From assembly GCA_965208105.1 (NCBI GenBank), contig OZ242318.1, forward strand, positions 1,024,001 to 1,088,000: a stretch of DNA of 64,000 nt, given 5' to 3'. Below, piece after piece: positions 35,202 to 44,043 of this stretch. How positions within the stretch are numbered: the first letter of the stretch is position 1; each line of letters begins with the position of its first letter. Under the pieces are notes generated by a model. It saw nothing but the letters and a program-made list of their open reading frames with translations, was not told the DNA's origin and made no database searches. The position numbers and the translations under genes are program-made. This DNA comes from Candidatus Latescibacterota bacterium (GTDB lineage Bacteria; Latescibacterota; UBA2968; UBA8231).

Positions 35202-35651
35202 CTAACGGGCATCTGCCTCATCCAGGGCCTCCCCGAGCGCCTGCGCCAACCCGTCGGGATCGTCCGTCCCAATCCTGCACGTTTTGCCGTTCCTCATCAG
35301 AAGTTCAATCGCCGAGCGCCCGTATATGCTGTAAAGCCAGCCGCGCGGCGTGTATCGAATTCCCCAGCCGTAGTACCACGGATTCACCACTTTCGCGTAG
35401 GACTCGACTTCGCTTAGCTGAATGCGTTTACGGATGACTCCCACCCCGAATTGAACCGCAATAACCCCGCCGCCGACCCTTACCGTCAAGCTCGAGAACA
35501 GTGCCAGCAATATGAGCATGACAATCAGGGGAATCAAAGTAGCCGGTTTAAATTCCGAGAAGATATTTGAACAGACTAAAAACAGGACGACAGCGCTGTA
35601 CGCGATCAGGTGTATGTAACCAACTTGGGTGTGTTCGTATTCTTTCATCAA
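35202..35651 (-). CDS. Small membrane protein (2 TM plus PH-like domain)
   Basis: YEHTQ, two hydrophobic helices, YYGWGIRY..GWLY..RIGTDDP. Confidence 0.7.
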   Translation of the reverse strand: MMKEYEHTQVGYIHLIAYSAVVLFLVCSNIFSEFKPATLIPLIVMLILLALFSSLTVRVGGGVIAVQFGVGVIRKRIQLSEVESYAKVVNPWYYGWGIRYTPRGWLYSIYGRSAIELLMRNGKTCRIGTDDPDGLAQALGEALDEADAR

Positions 35652-35703
35652 CTCCCAACGCTTTTCCTAGGTTCCTTCTCTCCGTGCCAATTCGTACGGC
35701 GGC

Positions 35704-36795
35704 TCAGAGTAGAATCATCCCACGGGCGACTTTCCCTTCCAGCATGTCGTCAAAAGCTTCGTTCACTTCCTCCAACCGATATGTTCGGGTGATTAATTCG
35801 TCCAGCTTGAGGACGCCGGCGCGATACAGTCCAAGCAGGCGCGGCATATCGTATCGAGATCGAGATGATCCGTAACAACACCCTTTGACCGTTTTCTCGT
35901 CCCAGAAGACCACTCCCGGGTCAAGATCAAGCGGCTCGCGCGGAGGTGCGCCCACCCAGACAGCCGTTCCTCCACGCCGGATTGCGTGCACCACCTGCTC
36001 GTAAGTTGTGCGCGTGCCTATGGCTTCAAACGCATACTCGACGCCTAATCCATCGGTCAAAGCGCGAATCTCCTCTACCGGATCAACCTCGTCCGCATTG
36101 ACCGTATGCGTGGCGCCAAACTCCAAGGAAAGTGCCAGTTTCGACTCGAGCAGATCGACCGCGACGATTTTCGCCGCGCCCGCAATGGCAGCCCCTTGAA
36201 TCACATTCAAGCCGATACCGCCCGCACCAAACACGGCGACGCTGCTGCCAGGACGCACCTGCGCGGTGTTGGTCGCGGCACACACCCCGGTCGTAACACT
36301 GCAGCCAATCAGCGCAGCCTTGTCCAGTGGAATATCCCGATCAATGGGCACCGCACAGGATTCGGGAATCACACTGTACTCGGCGAAAGAAGCCACCGTG
36401 GCAAAGTGATGAATGGATTTCCCGTTTTTCTTGTAACGCGTCGTGCCGTCCGCCAGGAATCCCTTCTTTTTCTTGCGTGCCGTCAAACAAAGATTGGAGC
36501 GGCCCTCGGCGCAGTAGGTGCAATGACCGCAGGACTCCATCCATGAAAGAATGACGTGGTCCCCGGGTTTTACCAACGTGACTCCCTTGCCGACCTCCTC
36601 AACCACACCCGCCCCTTCATCGCCCAGCACCGTAGGCAATGGAGGATCGAGCAGTCCGGTGACAACATGGTAGCAGCTATGGCACACGCCCGTAGCTGCC
36701 ATCTTGACGAGCACCTCCCTCTCTTTCGGAGCTTCCATCTCAATATCTTCGACGACAACTGGTTGATTCTGTTCGTACAAGACTGCGGCTTTCAT
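35704..36795 (-). CDS. Zn-dependent alcohol dehydrogenase (class III-like)
   Basis: GVCHS, LGDEGAG, CGHCTYC..C, GAGGIG. Confidence 0.92.
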   Translation of the reverse strand: MKAAVLYEQNQPVVVEDIEMEAPKEREVLVKMAATGVCHSCYHVVTGLLDPPLPTVLGDEGAGVVEEVGKGVTLVKPGDHVILSWMESCGHCTYCAEGRSNLCLTARKKKKGFLADGTTRYKKNGKSIHHFATVASFAEYSVIPESCAVPIDRDIPLDKAALIGCSVTTGVCAATNTAQVRPGSSVAVFGAGGIGLNVIQGAAIAGAAKIVAVDLLESKLALSLEFGATHTVNADEVDPVEEIRALTDGLGVEYAFEAIGTRTTYEQVVHAIRRGGTAVWVGAPPREPLDLDPGVVFWDEKTVKGCCYGSSRSRYDMPRLLGLYRAGVLKLDELITRTYRLEEVNEAFDDMLEGKVARGMILL

Positions 36796-36850
36796 GCTTC
36801 TACCCTCAAGACTTTAACCCCGATTCCGTATTCACTGGCCGGGTTGGCGG

Positions 36851-38176
36851 CTACAGCTCGACCTTCTTGAAGTGAGGCAACCACTTTTCATTCTTGCGGA
36901 GCATCTCCTTCACCATCTTGCGCGCCTCGGCGAGCGACAGCTTGGCGGCGGTCAACGGATCGTGGGCAATCGCCTGGTAGACCAGCTCGGCGTCCCCTTT
37001 GAGACAGCCCTCCACCGCCATCATCTCGATCTGAGCGCTCAGCCCGGTGAGCATGGCACATTGCGGCGGCAGCCTGCCCACCCGGATCGGCTCGAACCCT
37101 TTGCGGCTGGCGACCACCGGCACCTCGACGCAGGCCCCGCCCGGGAGGTTGTCCACCAGGCCATCGTTGGCAACGTTCCCGTTGAACTCGAAGATCTCGC
37201 CGCCCACGAAGGCGTTGATGATCGACGCGGCGTACTCGTGACCGCGCTCCAGCGGCACCTCGTCTGTCGCGAGCCATTCTCGCACCGAACGCCGCCAGGT
37301 CTTTTCGCGTTTTCGGTACTCGTTGAGAATGTAGGCGTAGCGGCCCGGATTCCACCCGGTCCCGGTGGTGCAGTACTGACGAATCAGATCAGGCCGTTTG
37401 CGAAACCACCAGTTGTACTCCGAGTTGTGCCCGCTGGATTCAGTGACGTAGCGGCCCAGGGCGAGGAACATTTCGTTCCGCACCAACTCGTGGTTGTACA
37501 CCTTCTTGTCGGTGGACACCACCTTTTTCAGTTTGGGATACAGGTCGCGGCCACGGTGCTCCAGCTTCAAGTACCAGGCCATATGGTTGATGCCGGCGCA
37601 CTGGTAATCCATCTGCCCCGGCTTCAAACCCAACCAGCTTTCGAGCATGGCGGCGGTCCCCTGGACGGAGTGGCACAGGCCGGTGAGCTGGATCCCGGTC
37701 TCGCGTTGCATGGCGTGGCACAGCATCGCCATCGGGTTGGTGTAGTTGAGCATGATGGCGCGGGGACAGAGCTCCTCCATGTCGCGGGCGATCGCCAGCA
37801 TCTCCGGAATAGTGCGCAGAGCGCGGAAGATGCCGCTCGGACCACGGGTGTCCCCCACGTTGGTGTTGATGCCGTACTTCTTCGGTATCAGGATGTCGTG
37901 CTGCCAGACGCGGGTGGCGCCGCGGAGGATGGTAACGCAGACGGCGTCCGCACGTGAAAGTACCTGGCGCCGATCGGTGGTGGCGGTGACGGTCGCTCCG
38001 TAGCCGCCCTGGTCGATCAGCTTGCGACAGGCGCGGCGGGCAAAATCGAGTCGTTGTTTGTTGATGTCTACCAGGGCGATCTCGGCGTTGCGCAGGCGAT
38101 CGAAGGTGAGCAGATCGCGCACCAGGTTGCGCGTGAACCCGAAGCTGCCCGCTCCTATGAAGACGACTTTCGGCAT
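36851..38176 (-). CDS. melA: Alpha-galactosidase, GH4
   Basis: [56 protein letters not shown]. Confidence 0.9.
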   Translation of the reverse strand: MPKVVFIGAGSFGFTRNLVRDLLTFDRLRNAEIALVDINKQRLDFARRACRKLIDQGGYGATVTATTDRRQVLSRADAVCVTILRGATRVWQHDILIPKKYGINTNVGDTRGPSGIFRALRTIPEMLAIARDMEELCPRAIMLNYTNPMAMLCHAMQRETGIQLTGLCHSVQGTAAMLESWLGLKPGQMDYQCAGINHMAWYLKLEHRGRDLYPKLKKVVSTDKKVYNHELVRNEMFLALGRYVTESSGHNSEYNWWFRKRPDLIRQYCTTGTGWNPGRYAYILNEYRKREKTWRRSVREWLATDEVPLERGHEYAASIINAFVGGEIFEFNGNVANDGLVDNLPGGACVEVPVVASRKGFEPIRVGRLPPQCAMLTGLSAQIEMMAVEGCLKGDAELVYQAIAHDPLTAAKLSLAEARKMVKEMLRKNEKWLPHFKKVEL

Positions 38177-38265
38177 AGTTCCTCCCCTATTTCGCGCCGT
38201 CGTCCAAATCCGGCGATCAGGCGGGACCACTGCCCGCCGAAGTCGGGGACGACGATTTTCAAAGT

Positions 38266-38811
38266 TTACACCTGCCCTTTCAGGCTTCCCCACGAAATGG
38301 GTGCAACATTCGTCTGGTCTGCAGTGAGATACAACCCGGCGCCAATGTAATAGGATACACCCTCAATCTCGATGGGGGCCACGTAGCTTACCTTGGTGGA
38401 CTCGTCCTCTCCTTCGATCGCCGGATTATCAAAGAGATATTCCGTAAATCCACCCCCGGCTTGTGCCGCCGCGATATTCTGCTGTACGATCTTAACGCCA
38501 TTGCTGTCTTCCGAGTCGATATTATTGACTCCCTCGCGCTCGGGTTTGGTCGCGTGGAAGTAGCCAGTTCCGTCAAAACCAGTGATGAAGATGTAAATTG
38601 GTCCATGCCTCCATTCTTCGTCGGTTCTGAAGGTCTCCAAAATAGCCGCCCGCTCCTCCTCGCCTTGTGCGGACTCCAACAGGCTCTTCGCTTCCAGCAC
38701 GAAATCCTTGAGCGTCTCTCGATCTACTACATCCCTTGCGGCAGCAGCGGCATTTTCTGCTCCACCGAGCAGCCCCATCGCAACCAGGACAAAGGACAAA
38801 ATTCGAATCAT
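38266..38811 (-). CDS. Secreted stand-alone single Cache domain protein
   Basis: Signal peptide, [34 protein letters not shown]-terminal [10 protein letters not shown]. Confidence 0.8.
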   Translation of the reverse strand: MIRILSFVLVAMGLLGGAENAAAAARDVVDRETLKDFVLEAKSLLESAQGEEERAAILETFRTDEEWRHGPIYIFITGFDGTGYFHATKPEREGVNNIDSEDSNGVKIVQQNIAAAQAGGGFTEYLFDNPAIEGEDESTKVSYVAPIEIEGVSYYIGAGLYLTADQTNVAPISWGSLKGQV

Positions 38812-38841
38812 GATTTTCTCCCGTAGTTGGTAAAATTCAAG

Positions 38842-39366
38842 TTACCCATCCTTGAACTGGGCAGCGTCTTTGAACCTGCGGCCGCGGTCGGCGACCCGGC
38901 GTTCCCTCACGAACGACATGACTGGTACTCCGTAACCACAGCTCGTCTGGGTCTGCTCCACGTCGACGTCGATCACCTGCCGCGGCGGAAGCTTGAGCTC
39001 CTCTGCGGTAGATTCGAACAACCGCTCCGAAAGCGGTGATTCCCCGAACGGGACAGCCCGGGCGGTGCCATAGAGCCGTACGATAGCCACATCCGCTTCG
39101 CCAAAGGAACAAACCATCACCGTCACCGGCCCACCGGCCTCGGCGTGCCGGGCGGTTTCGTTGCCGCTGCCGGCGTAGTCCAGATAGGCAACCCTGTTGG
39201 GCGTGATAATGTGCAGGGGGGTCGCCCCTTTCGGCGACAGGTTGATGGGGCCGACATTCTTCGGTCCGCAGCGCAATTCCGGATCGGCAGTAGCAATGAA
39301 GAAAACCGCCGAGCTGCGGATCAGATCTGCCTGCTCGTCGGTTATCTGTTTAAAGTATCCTCCCAA
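38842..39366 (-). CDS. Pyridoxamine 5'-phosphate oxidase-like FMN-binding protein
   Basis: VFFIATA..NLSPKG..YLDYAGSGNETARH..IVRLYG..QTSCGYGVP. Confidence 0.88.
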   Translation of the reverse strand: MGGYFKQITDEQADLIRSSAVFFIATADPELRCGPKNVGPINLSPKGATPLHIITPNRVAYLDYAGSGNETARHAEAGGPVTVMVCSFGEADVAIVRLYGTARAVPFGESPLSERLFESTAEELKLPPRQVIDVDVEQTQTSCGYGVPVMSFVRERRVADRGRRFKDAAQFKDG

Positions 39367-39722
39367 TTGTCCCTCCTTTTCTGCTCATGGACTGTCGAGC
39401 AGTCGCATCAGTTGGCGCCGCGCCCAAGTGGACAGGTGGCCGGTAGCGTCCGCGTACCCGTCTTGATCCGGCAGTCGGCAAGTCCATCCGCGGCGGCCCC
39501 GGCCGGCAAGTTCGCGGCTGGGCATCGAGGTGCCGACGTGATCGCACGGACAGCCGCTTTCGCCAACGCAGAGTAGCAGGTTCTACCTGCGACCGCGCGA
39601 CGAAATAAGCTACACAACCCGCACAACGTCGGCCATGTACGGTCTCCGCCGCCGTCGCTGTGGGGGCAGGTCAAGCTAACTGTCCGAATTCCGGGGTCCA
39701 CCTCTCTCTCCTTCGTAAAATT

Positions 39723-39977
39723 TGCACATTTACATCTCGTTACAATTGGTTACAAAGCAGCAATCTTCGATTAATAACTGGCTCGTAGTATTAGTTGTAT
39801 CGCTTGGATCGGTGCTTGATCCAGACACTGTGTAACAGATCTCGCAAATAAATATACGATCTGATGCGCATGGCTAACACATAGTTATTTATCAGGAAAG
39901 GTGCATTTTACTTAAATCCATCTCATTTTTGGCGTGTCTGTTGCTGCTGCCAACCACAACTAGGGCCAGCCCAAGAG
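39723..39977 (+). repeat. ~255-bp direct repeat copy 1 (TonB-receptor promoter plus decayed 5' end)
   Basis: Aligns to 43858-44115. The start codon is lost (gtgcattttactt versus gtgcattatgatt). Confidence 0.9.
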
Positions 39978-40111
39978 GCACATAGGTAAAAGAGTATGAA
40001 CAACAACGGGATTAGATTTTCAAAAAAGCGAAGTGGATCAGAGGTTCCAATAAAGGGAATTTCCCTAAATATGGGATTAATTTTCAAAATAAGTCAGATG
40101 GGGATGCGACA

Positions 40112-41716
40112 ATGAAAAAGCTCAGTATTGGCGTTATCGATCTAGTTGCCAGAGGACGTACGCAAGGCCCGTGGGCGCGGACCATGAACGCGAATCTGGC
40201 GGGAATCATGGCCCAAGCAGTTGCCGCATGGTGTGAACAAGAGGGGCATTCCGTTGCGTACACGTGCTATGTCGGCCTTGGAAATCCCGCTGAGGGGCTT
40301 CCTGAAAAATTGGATCTCGCAATTATCTCCTCCTTTTCGCAGGGAGGCCAACTGGCTTATGCGTTGAGCGCCTTTCTCCGGTCCAGGGGCGCCCTCACCG
40401 TACTTGGGGGTCCCCATGCCCGCTGCTATCCTCAGGATGCCCAGAAGTATTTCGATTACGTTGTTGGTTTCGCCGACAAAACTCTCATCCAGAACATTTT
40501 ACAGGACTGCTCTCAGCACCGGCCCCTAGGTATTCATGTTTCGGCAGAAAGGCACCCTTCGACCTTGCCCAGCGTACAAGAGCGCTGGAAATTCATAGAA
40601 ATCGCCCTCCGCAAGGCTCCATTTAAAAAATCGGTCCCCATGATTGGCAGTCTGGGATGCCCCTACAGATGCAGTTTCTGTATCGATTCGGTCATTCCCT
40701 ACCAGTCTCTGGATTTCGATGTGATCAAGGCAGATCTGCGTTTCATTCTGGGAAAGTTCAAGCACCCCGTGGTGGGCTGGCATGATCCCAACTTCGGCAT
40801 TCGATTCGACGACTGTTTGTCTGCCATAGAGGAGGCGGTACCTCCAGGCCGCATGAGCTTCGTTGCCGAAAGCAGTCTGTCTCTTCTCTCGGAACCCCAC
40901 GTGAAACGACTCCAGAAGAATGGATTCATGGCCTTGTTGCCGGGAATCGAGTCATGGCGGGACTTCGGCAACAAATCGAAAACCGGGAAAAATCAAGGCA
41001 TGGACAAGGTTCGGCAAGTCTCTGAGCAGGTCAATATGATCTTGAGATATATTCCCTACGTTCAAACCAACTTCGTCTTCGGACTCGACGCCGACGAAGG
41101 GTCGGAACCCTTCGAGCTCACCAAGCGCTTCCTTGATATGACTCCCGGCATCTACCCCGCCAATTCGCTATTGACGGCCTATGGGCAAGCGAGTCCTCTC
41201 AACCTTGAATATCAAGAGGCGGGGCGGGTTCTGCCCATTCCGTTCTACTTTCTCGACAGCTCTCAAGGAATGAATATCAAGCCCAAGAACTACACATGGA
41301 AAGAACTCTATGACAACATGGTCAGCTTGACCAGGCACAATACATCATACAGATATCTTCTCAAAAACAGCCGGGCGATTCCCGGCATCTCCATTCGGTT
41401 TATACAATTTATCCGCTTTCTATCGTGGTTCAATCGACTTAAATTTTTCAGTGAAATCCGGCGGAGACTCGATGAAGACCCGCAGGTTCGGTCTTTCTTC
41501 GAGGGAGATACGACAGAAATTCCACAGTTCTACGTGGAGAAGATAAGGCGTAGTCTAGGCCCGTTGTGGGATTGGCTCCCAGAAGGCGCCTTGTATCATG
41601 ATCCGAATGCCTATCTCAAATCACAGAAAAATCCATCTTCTGTCGACGTCTCTGTGGACTGGTCCCACACGGATACGCCTTTGGAGTCCTCCCGCGCAGT
41701 CCCTCCTGAAAATTAA
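40112..41716 (+). CDS. B12-binding radical SAM protein
   Basis: TVLGGPHA in the cobalamin-binding domain and GCPYRCSFC (CxxxCxxC). Confidence 0.88.
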   Translation: MKKLSIGVIDLVARGRTQGPWARTMNANLAGIMAQAVAAWCEQEGHSVAYTCYVGLGNPAEGLPEKLDLAIISSFSQGGQLAYALSAFLRSRGALTVLGGPHARCYPQDAQKYFDYVVGFADKTLIQNILQDCSQHRPLGIHVSAERHPSTLPSVQERWKFIEIALRKAPFKKSVPMIGSLGCPYRCSFCIDSVIPYQSLDFDVIKADLRFILGKFKHPVVGWHDPNFGIRFDDCLSAIEEAVPPGRMSFVAESSLSLLSEPHVKRLQKNGFMALLPGIESWRDFGNKSKTGKNQGMDKVRQVSEQVNMILRYIPYVQTNFVFGLDADEGSEPFELTKRFLDMTPGIYPANSLLTAYGQASPLNLEYQEAGRVLPIPFYFLDSSQGMNIKPKNYTWKELYDNMVSLTRHNTSYRYLLKNSRAIPGISIRFIQFIRFLSWFNRLKFFSEIRRRLDEDPQVRSFFEGDTTEIPQFYVEKIRRSLGPLWDWLPEGALYHDPNAYLKSQKNPSSVDVSVDWSHTDTPLESSRAVPPEN

Positions 41717-41819
41717 TCGTTTGCGATCAAAGCACAGAAAAGATCTACTTACAGTTTGAGACTATCTTTCTTACGACCTAAATTTTTAATTGAAGCTCGT
41801 TTGCAGGATCATAATTTGG

Positions 41820-42512
41820 ATGATGGCTGCAATACTGATAATCGATGACGACGAAGAACTGACGGACCTTCTAGAGACCTATTTGGGAGATTTCGGATTC
41901 AAGACAACCGCTGTGTCCAGCCCGTCCAAGGGTATAGAGCTTCTTGGAAAAAGCGACTTCGACCTCGTAATTCTCGATGTAATGTTGCCCGAAATGGATG
42001 GATTCAATGTCTGCAAAACCATCCGGGAAACACATACTCTCCCCATAATTATGCTCACGGCTCGTGGAGAAATCACGGATCGTGTTGTCGGGCTGGAACT
42101 CGGAGCAGACGATTATTTACCCAAGCCCTTTGAACCCAGAGAGTTAGTCGCTCGGATTCAGGCGGTCCTCAGGCGGGGGCATAAGCCGGCCAAAAAAGGC
42201 ATTCTTGAAATCGGTGATCTGAAAATCAACCTGGAGAAATATACCGCGACCATTGACGGCGTCTCTTTGGATCTGACAACCACTGAATTCGAAATGCTCG
42301 TCCTGTTAGTCCAAAGTGGCGGCAGAGTCCTCAGCCGCGATTATATCATGCAGAATATTCGGGGCGTAGATTGGACAGCCTTCGACCGCTCCGTTGATGT
42401 TCTTATCTCGAGAATACGTCACAAGCTGAAAGACGATCCGCGAAACCCACACTATATACGGACGATTCGCGGGGCGGGTTATGTGTTTGTCGGCGCGACT
42501 GAGGCCGCATGA
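41820..42512 (+). CDS. OmpR-family response regulator
   Basis: LIIDDD, ILDVMLP, GADDYLPKPF, DRSVDV.ISRIR.KL, TIRGAGY. Confidence 0.95.
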   Translation: MMAAILIIDDDEELTDLLETYLGDFGFKTTAVSSPSKGIELLGKSDFDLVILDVMLPEMDGFNVCKTIRETHTLPIIMLTARGEITDRVVGLELGADDYLPKPFEPRELVARIQAVLRRGHKPAKKGILEIGDLKINLEKYTATIDGVSLDLTTTEFEMLVLLVQSGGRVLSRDYIMQNIRGVDWTAFDRSVDVLISRIRHKLKDDPRNPHYIRTIRGAGYVFVGATEAA

Positions 42513-43822
42513 CAGTTCCTTCCACGATCAATATCAAGCGATCGCTCTTCCTCAAGATCTCTTTATTGCTTTTCTTCGCTGTCTCGATCATGACAACTGG
42601 TCTCTTTTTAATTGAAGAAAAAGAAATGGAGAGCGAAATCGTGCCTGTGATATCCGATCTCATGGTCAGGCACGCACAAGGTATTGTTGCCGGCCTTGGC
42701 TCCCAACCCGAGGTGAACCAGCTACAACAAATAGCAGATAGTTTGCAAGTAGAAATCTGGTATGAGAGTGATGGCGTAGCTTGGCAGAGTGACCCAGATA
42801 TGCAGGTGAAGGACAGAGCGGCCATGAAGCCGTACAAGGATGACGAGCGAATCAGGGTTATGAACAGTGACGAGGGCGATGAGCTCTTCGTTGACCTGGA
42901 CTTAGAGCATGGTCATTATCAGTTCAATTTCCTTAAAGCCGAGTTTCTCGATCAAGACGAAATATATTTTCTCACCTCCCTTGGGCTCGTCGTATTCTCT
43001 TTTTTTATCATATATCTCCTTCTTCGCAGCCAGCTCAAGCCGATAAAAGCGCTGCATGAGGGCGTAAGAGAGATTGGGGAGGGCAACCTGGATTTCGAGA
43101 TCGAGACGAATCGGGTTGATGAGCTTGGCCAGCTCGCTCTGTCATTTAATCGTATGACGCAGCGGATCCGGAAATCGCTTCTCGCTCGCGACCAACTGCT
43201 GCTCGATGTGAGTCATGAGCTACGATCCCCTTTGACGCGCATGTTAGTCGCTATTGAGTTTCTGGAGAACAATAAGACCAAGCAGACGCTATACAAAAAT
43301 ATCAAGAATATGGAGTCAATGGTTACGGAAATCCTGGAAAACGAACGCATGAACAGCCCTCATGGAGGTCTCCAAACCGAATCGATTAATATTCTCGACT
43401 TATTAATGGATCTGTGCAAGAATCACCAGGGCCAGGAGCCAGGTGTCGTGCTTCAGTGTTCCCCGGAGGATCTTATTGTGACCGTCGACCCGACAAGAGT
43501 GACCACGGTCTTGAATAATCTCCTTTTGAATGCCATTAGACATTCAAATGCGACCGATCCCATCGAGGTCAGCTGTACCCGGGAACGAGACAAGATTCTT
43601 ATTAAAGTTCAGGACTATGGCTCAGGCATTCCGCAGGATGATCTACCACATATTTTCGAGCCCTTCTACCGGGTTGATAAATCCCGCTCGAAACAAACCG
43701 GAGGCTATGGTCTGGGTATGAGCGTATGCAAGAAGATCATGGAAGCACACGGCGGCCAGATCGACATTTCAAGCTCACCGAACAAAGGGACATGCGTTCT
43801 CCTTACCTTCCCTATGAGATAG
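42509..43822 (+). CDS. HAMP sensor histidine kinase
   Basis: Two TM segments, DELGQLA.SFNRM, VSHELRSPL, NAIRH, DYGSGI, FYR, GYGLGM. Confidence 0.95.
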   Translation: MTVPSTINIKRSLFLKISLLLFFAVSIMTTGLFLIEEKEMESEIVPVISDLMVRHAQGIVAGLGSQPEVNQLQQIADSLQVEIWYESDGVAWQSDPDMQVKDRAAMKPYKDDERIRVMNSDEGDELFVDLDLEHGHYQFNFLKAEFLDQDEIYFLTSLGLVVFSFFIIYLLLRSQLKPIKALHEGVREIGEGNLDFEIETNRVDELGQLALSFNRMTQRIRKSLLARDQLLLDVSHELRSPLTRMLVAIEFLENNKTKQTLYKNIKNMESMVTEILENERMNSPHGGLQTESINILDLLMDLCKNHQGQEPGVVLQCSPEDLIVTVDPTRVTTVLNNLLLNAIRHSNATDPIEVSCTRERDKILIKVQDYGSGIPQDDLPHIFEPFYRVDKSRSKQTGGYGLGMSVCKKIMEAHGGQIDISSSPNKGTCVLLTFPMR

Positions 43823-43857
43823 CCTGAATAGCCTCGCGTCCTCTTCTTCGCATTATC

Positions 43858-44043
43858 TGCACGTTTACATCTCATTACAATTGGTTACAAAGCAGCAATC
43901 TTCGATTAATAACTGGCTCGTAGTATTAGTCATGTCGCCTGGATCGATGCTTGATCCAGATACTGTGTAACAGATCCCGCGATAAAATACAGCGGTCTGA
44001 TGCGCATGGCTAAAACGCAGTTATCAATCAGGATAGGTGCATT
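43858..44043 (+). promoter_or_regulatory. Direct repeat copy 2: TonB-receptor promoter with tandem TTAC boxes
   Basis: TTTAC-N5-ATTAC-N5-GTTAC at 10-bp period (43864-43888), resembling CpxR/OmpR-family boxes. Also present in copy 1. Confidence 0.6.
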
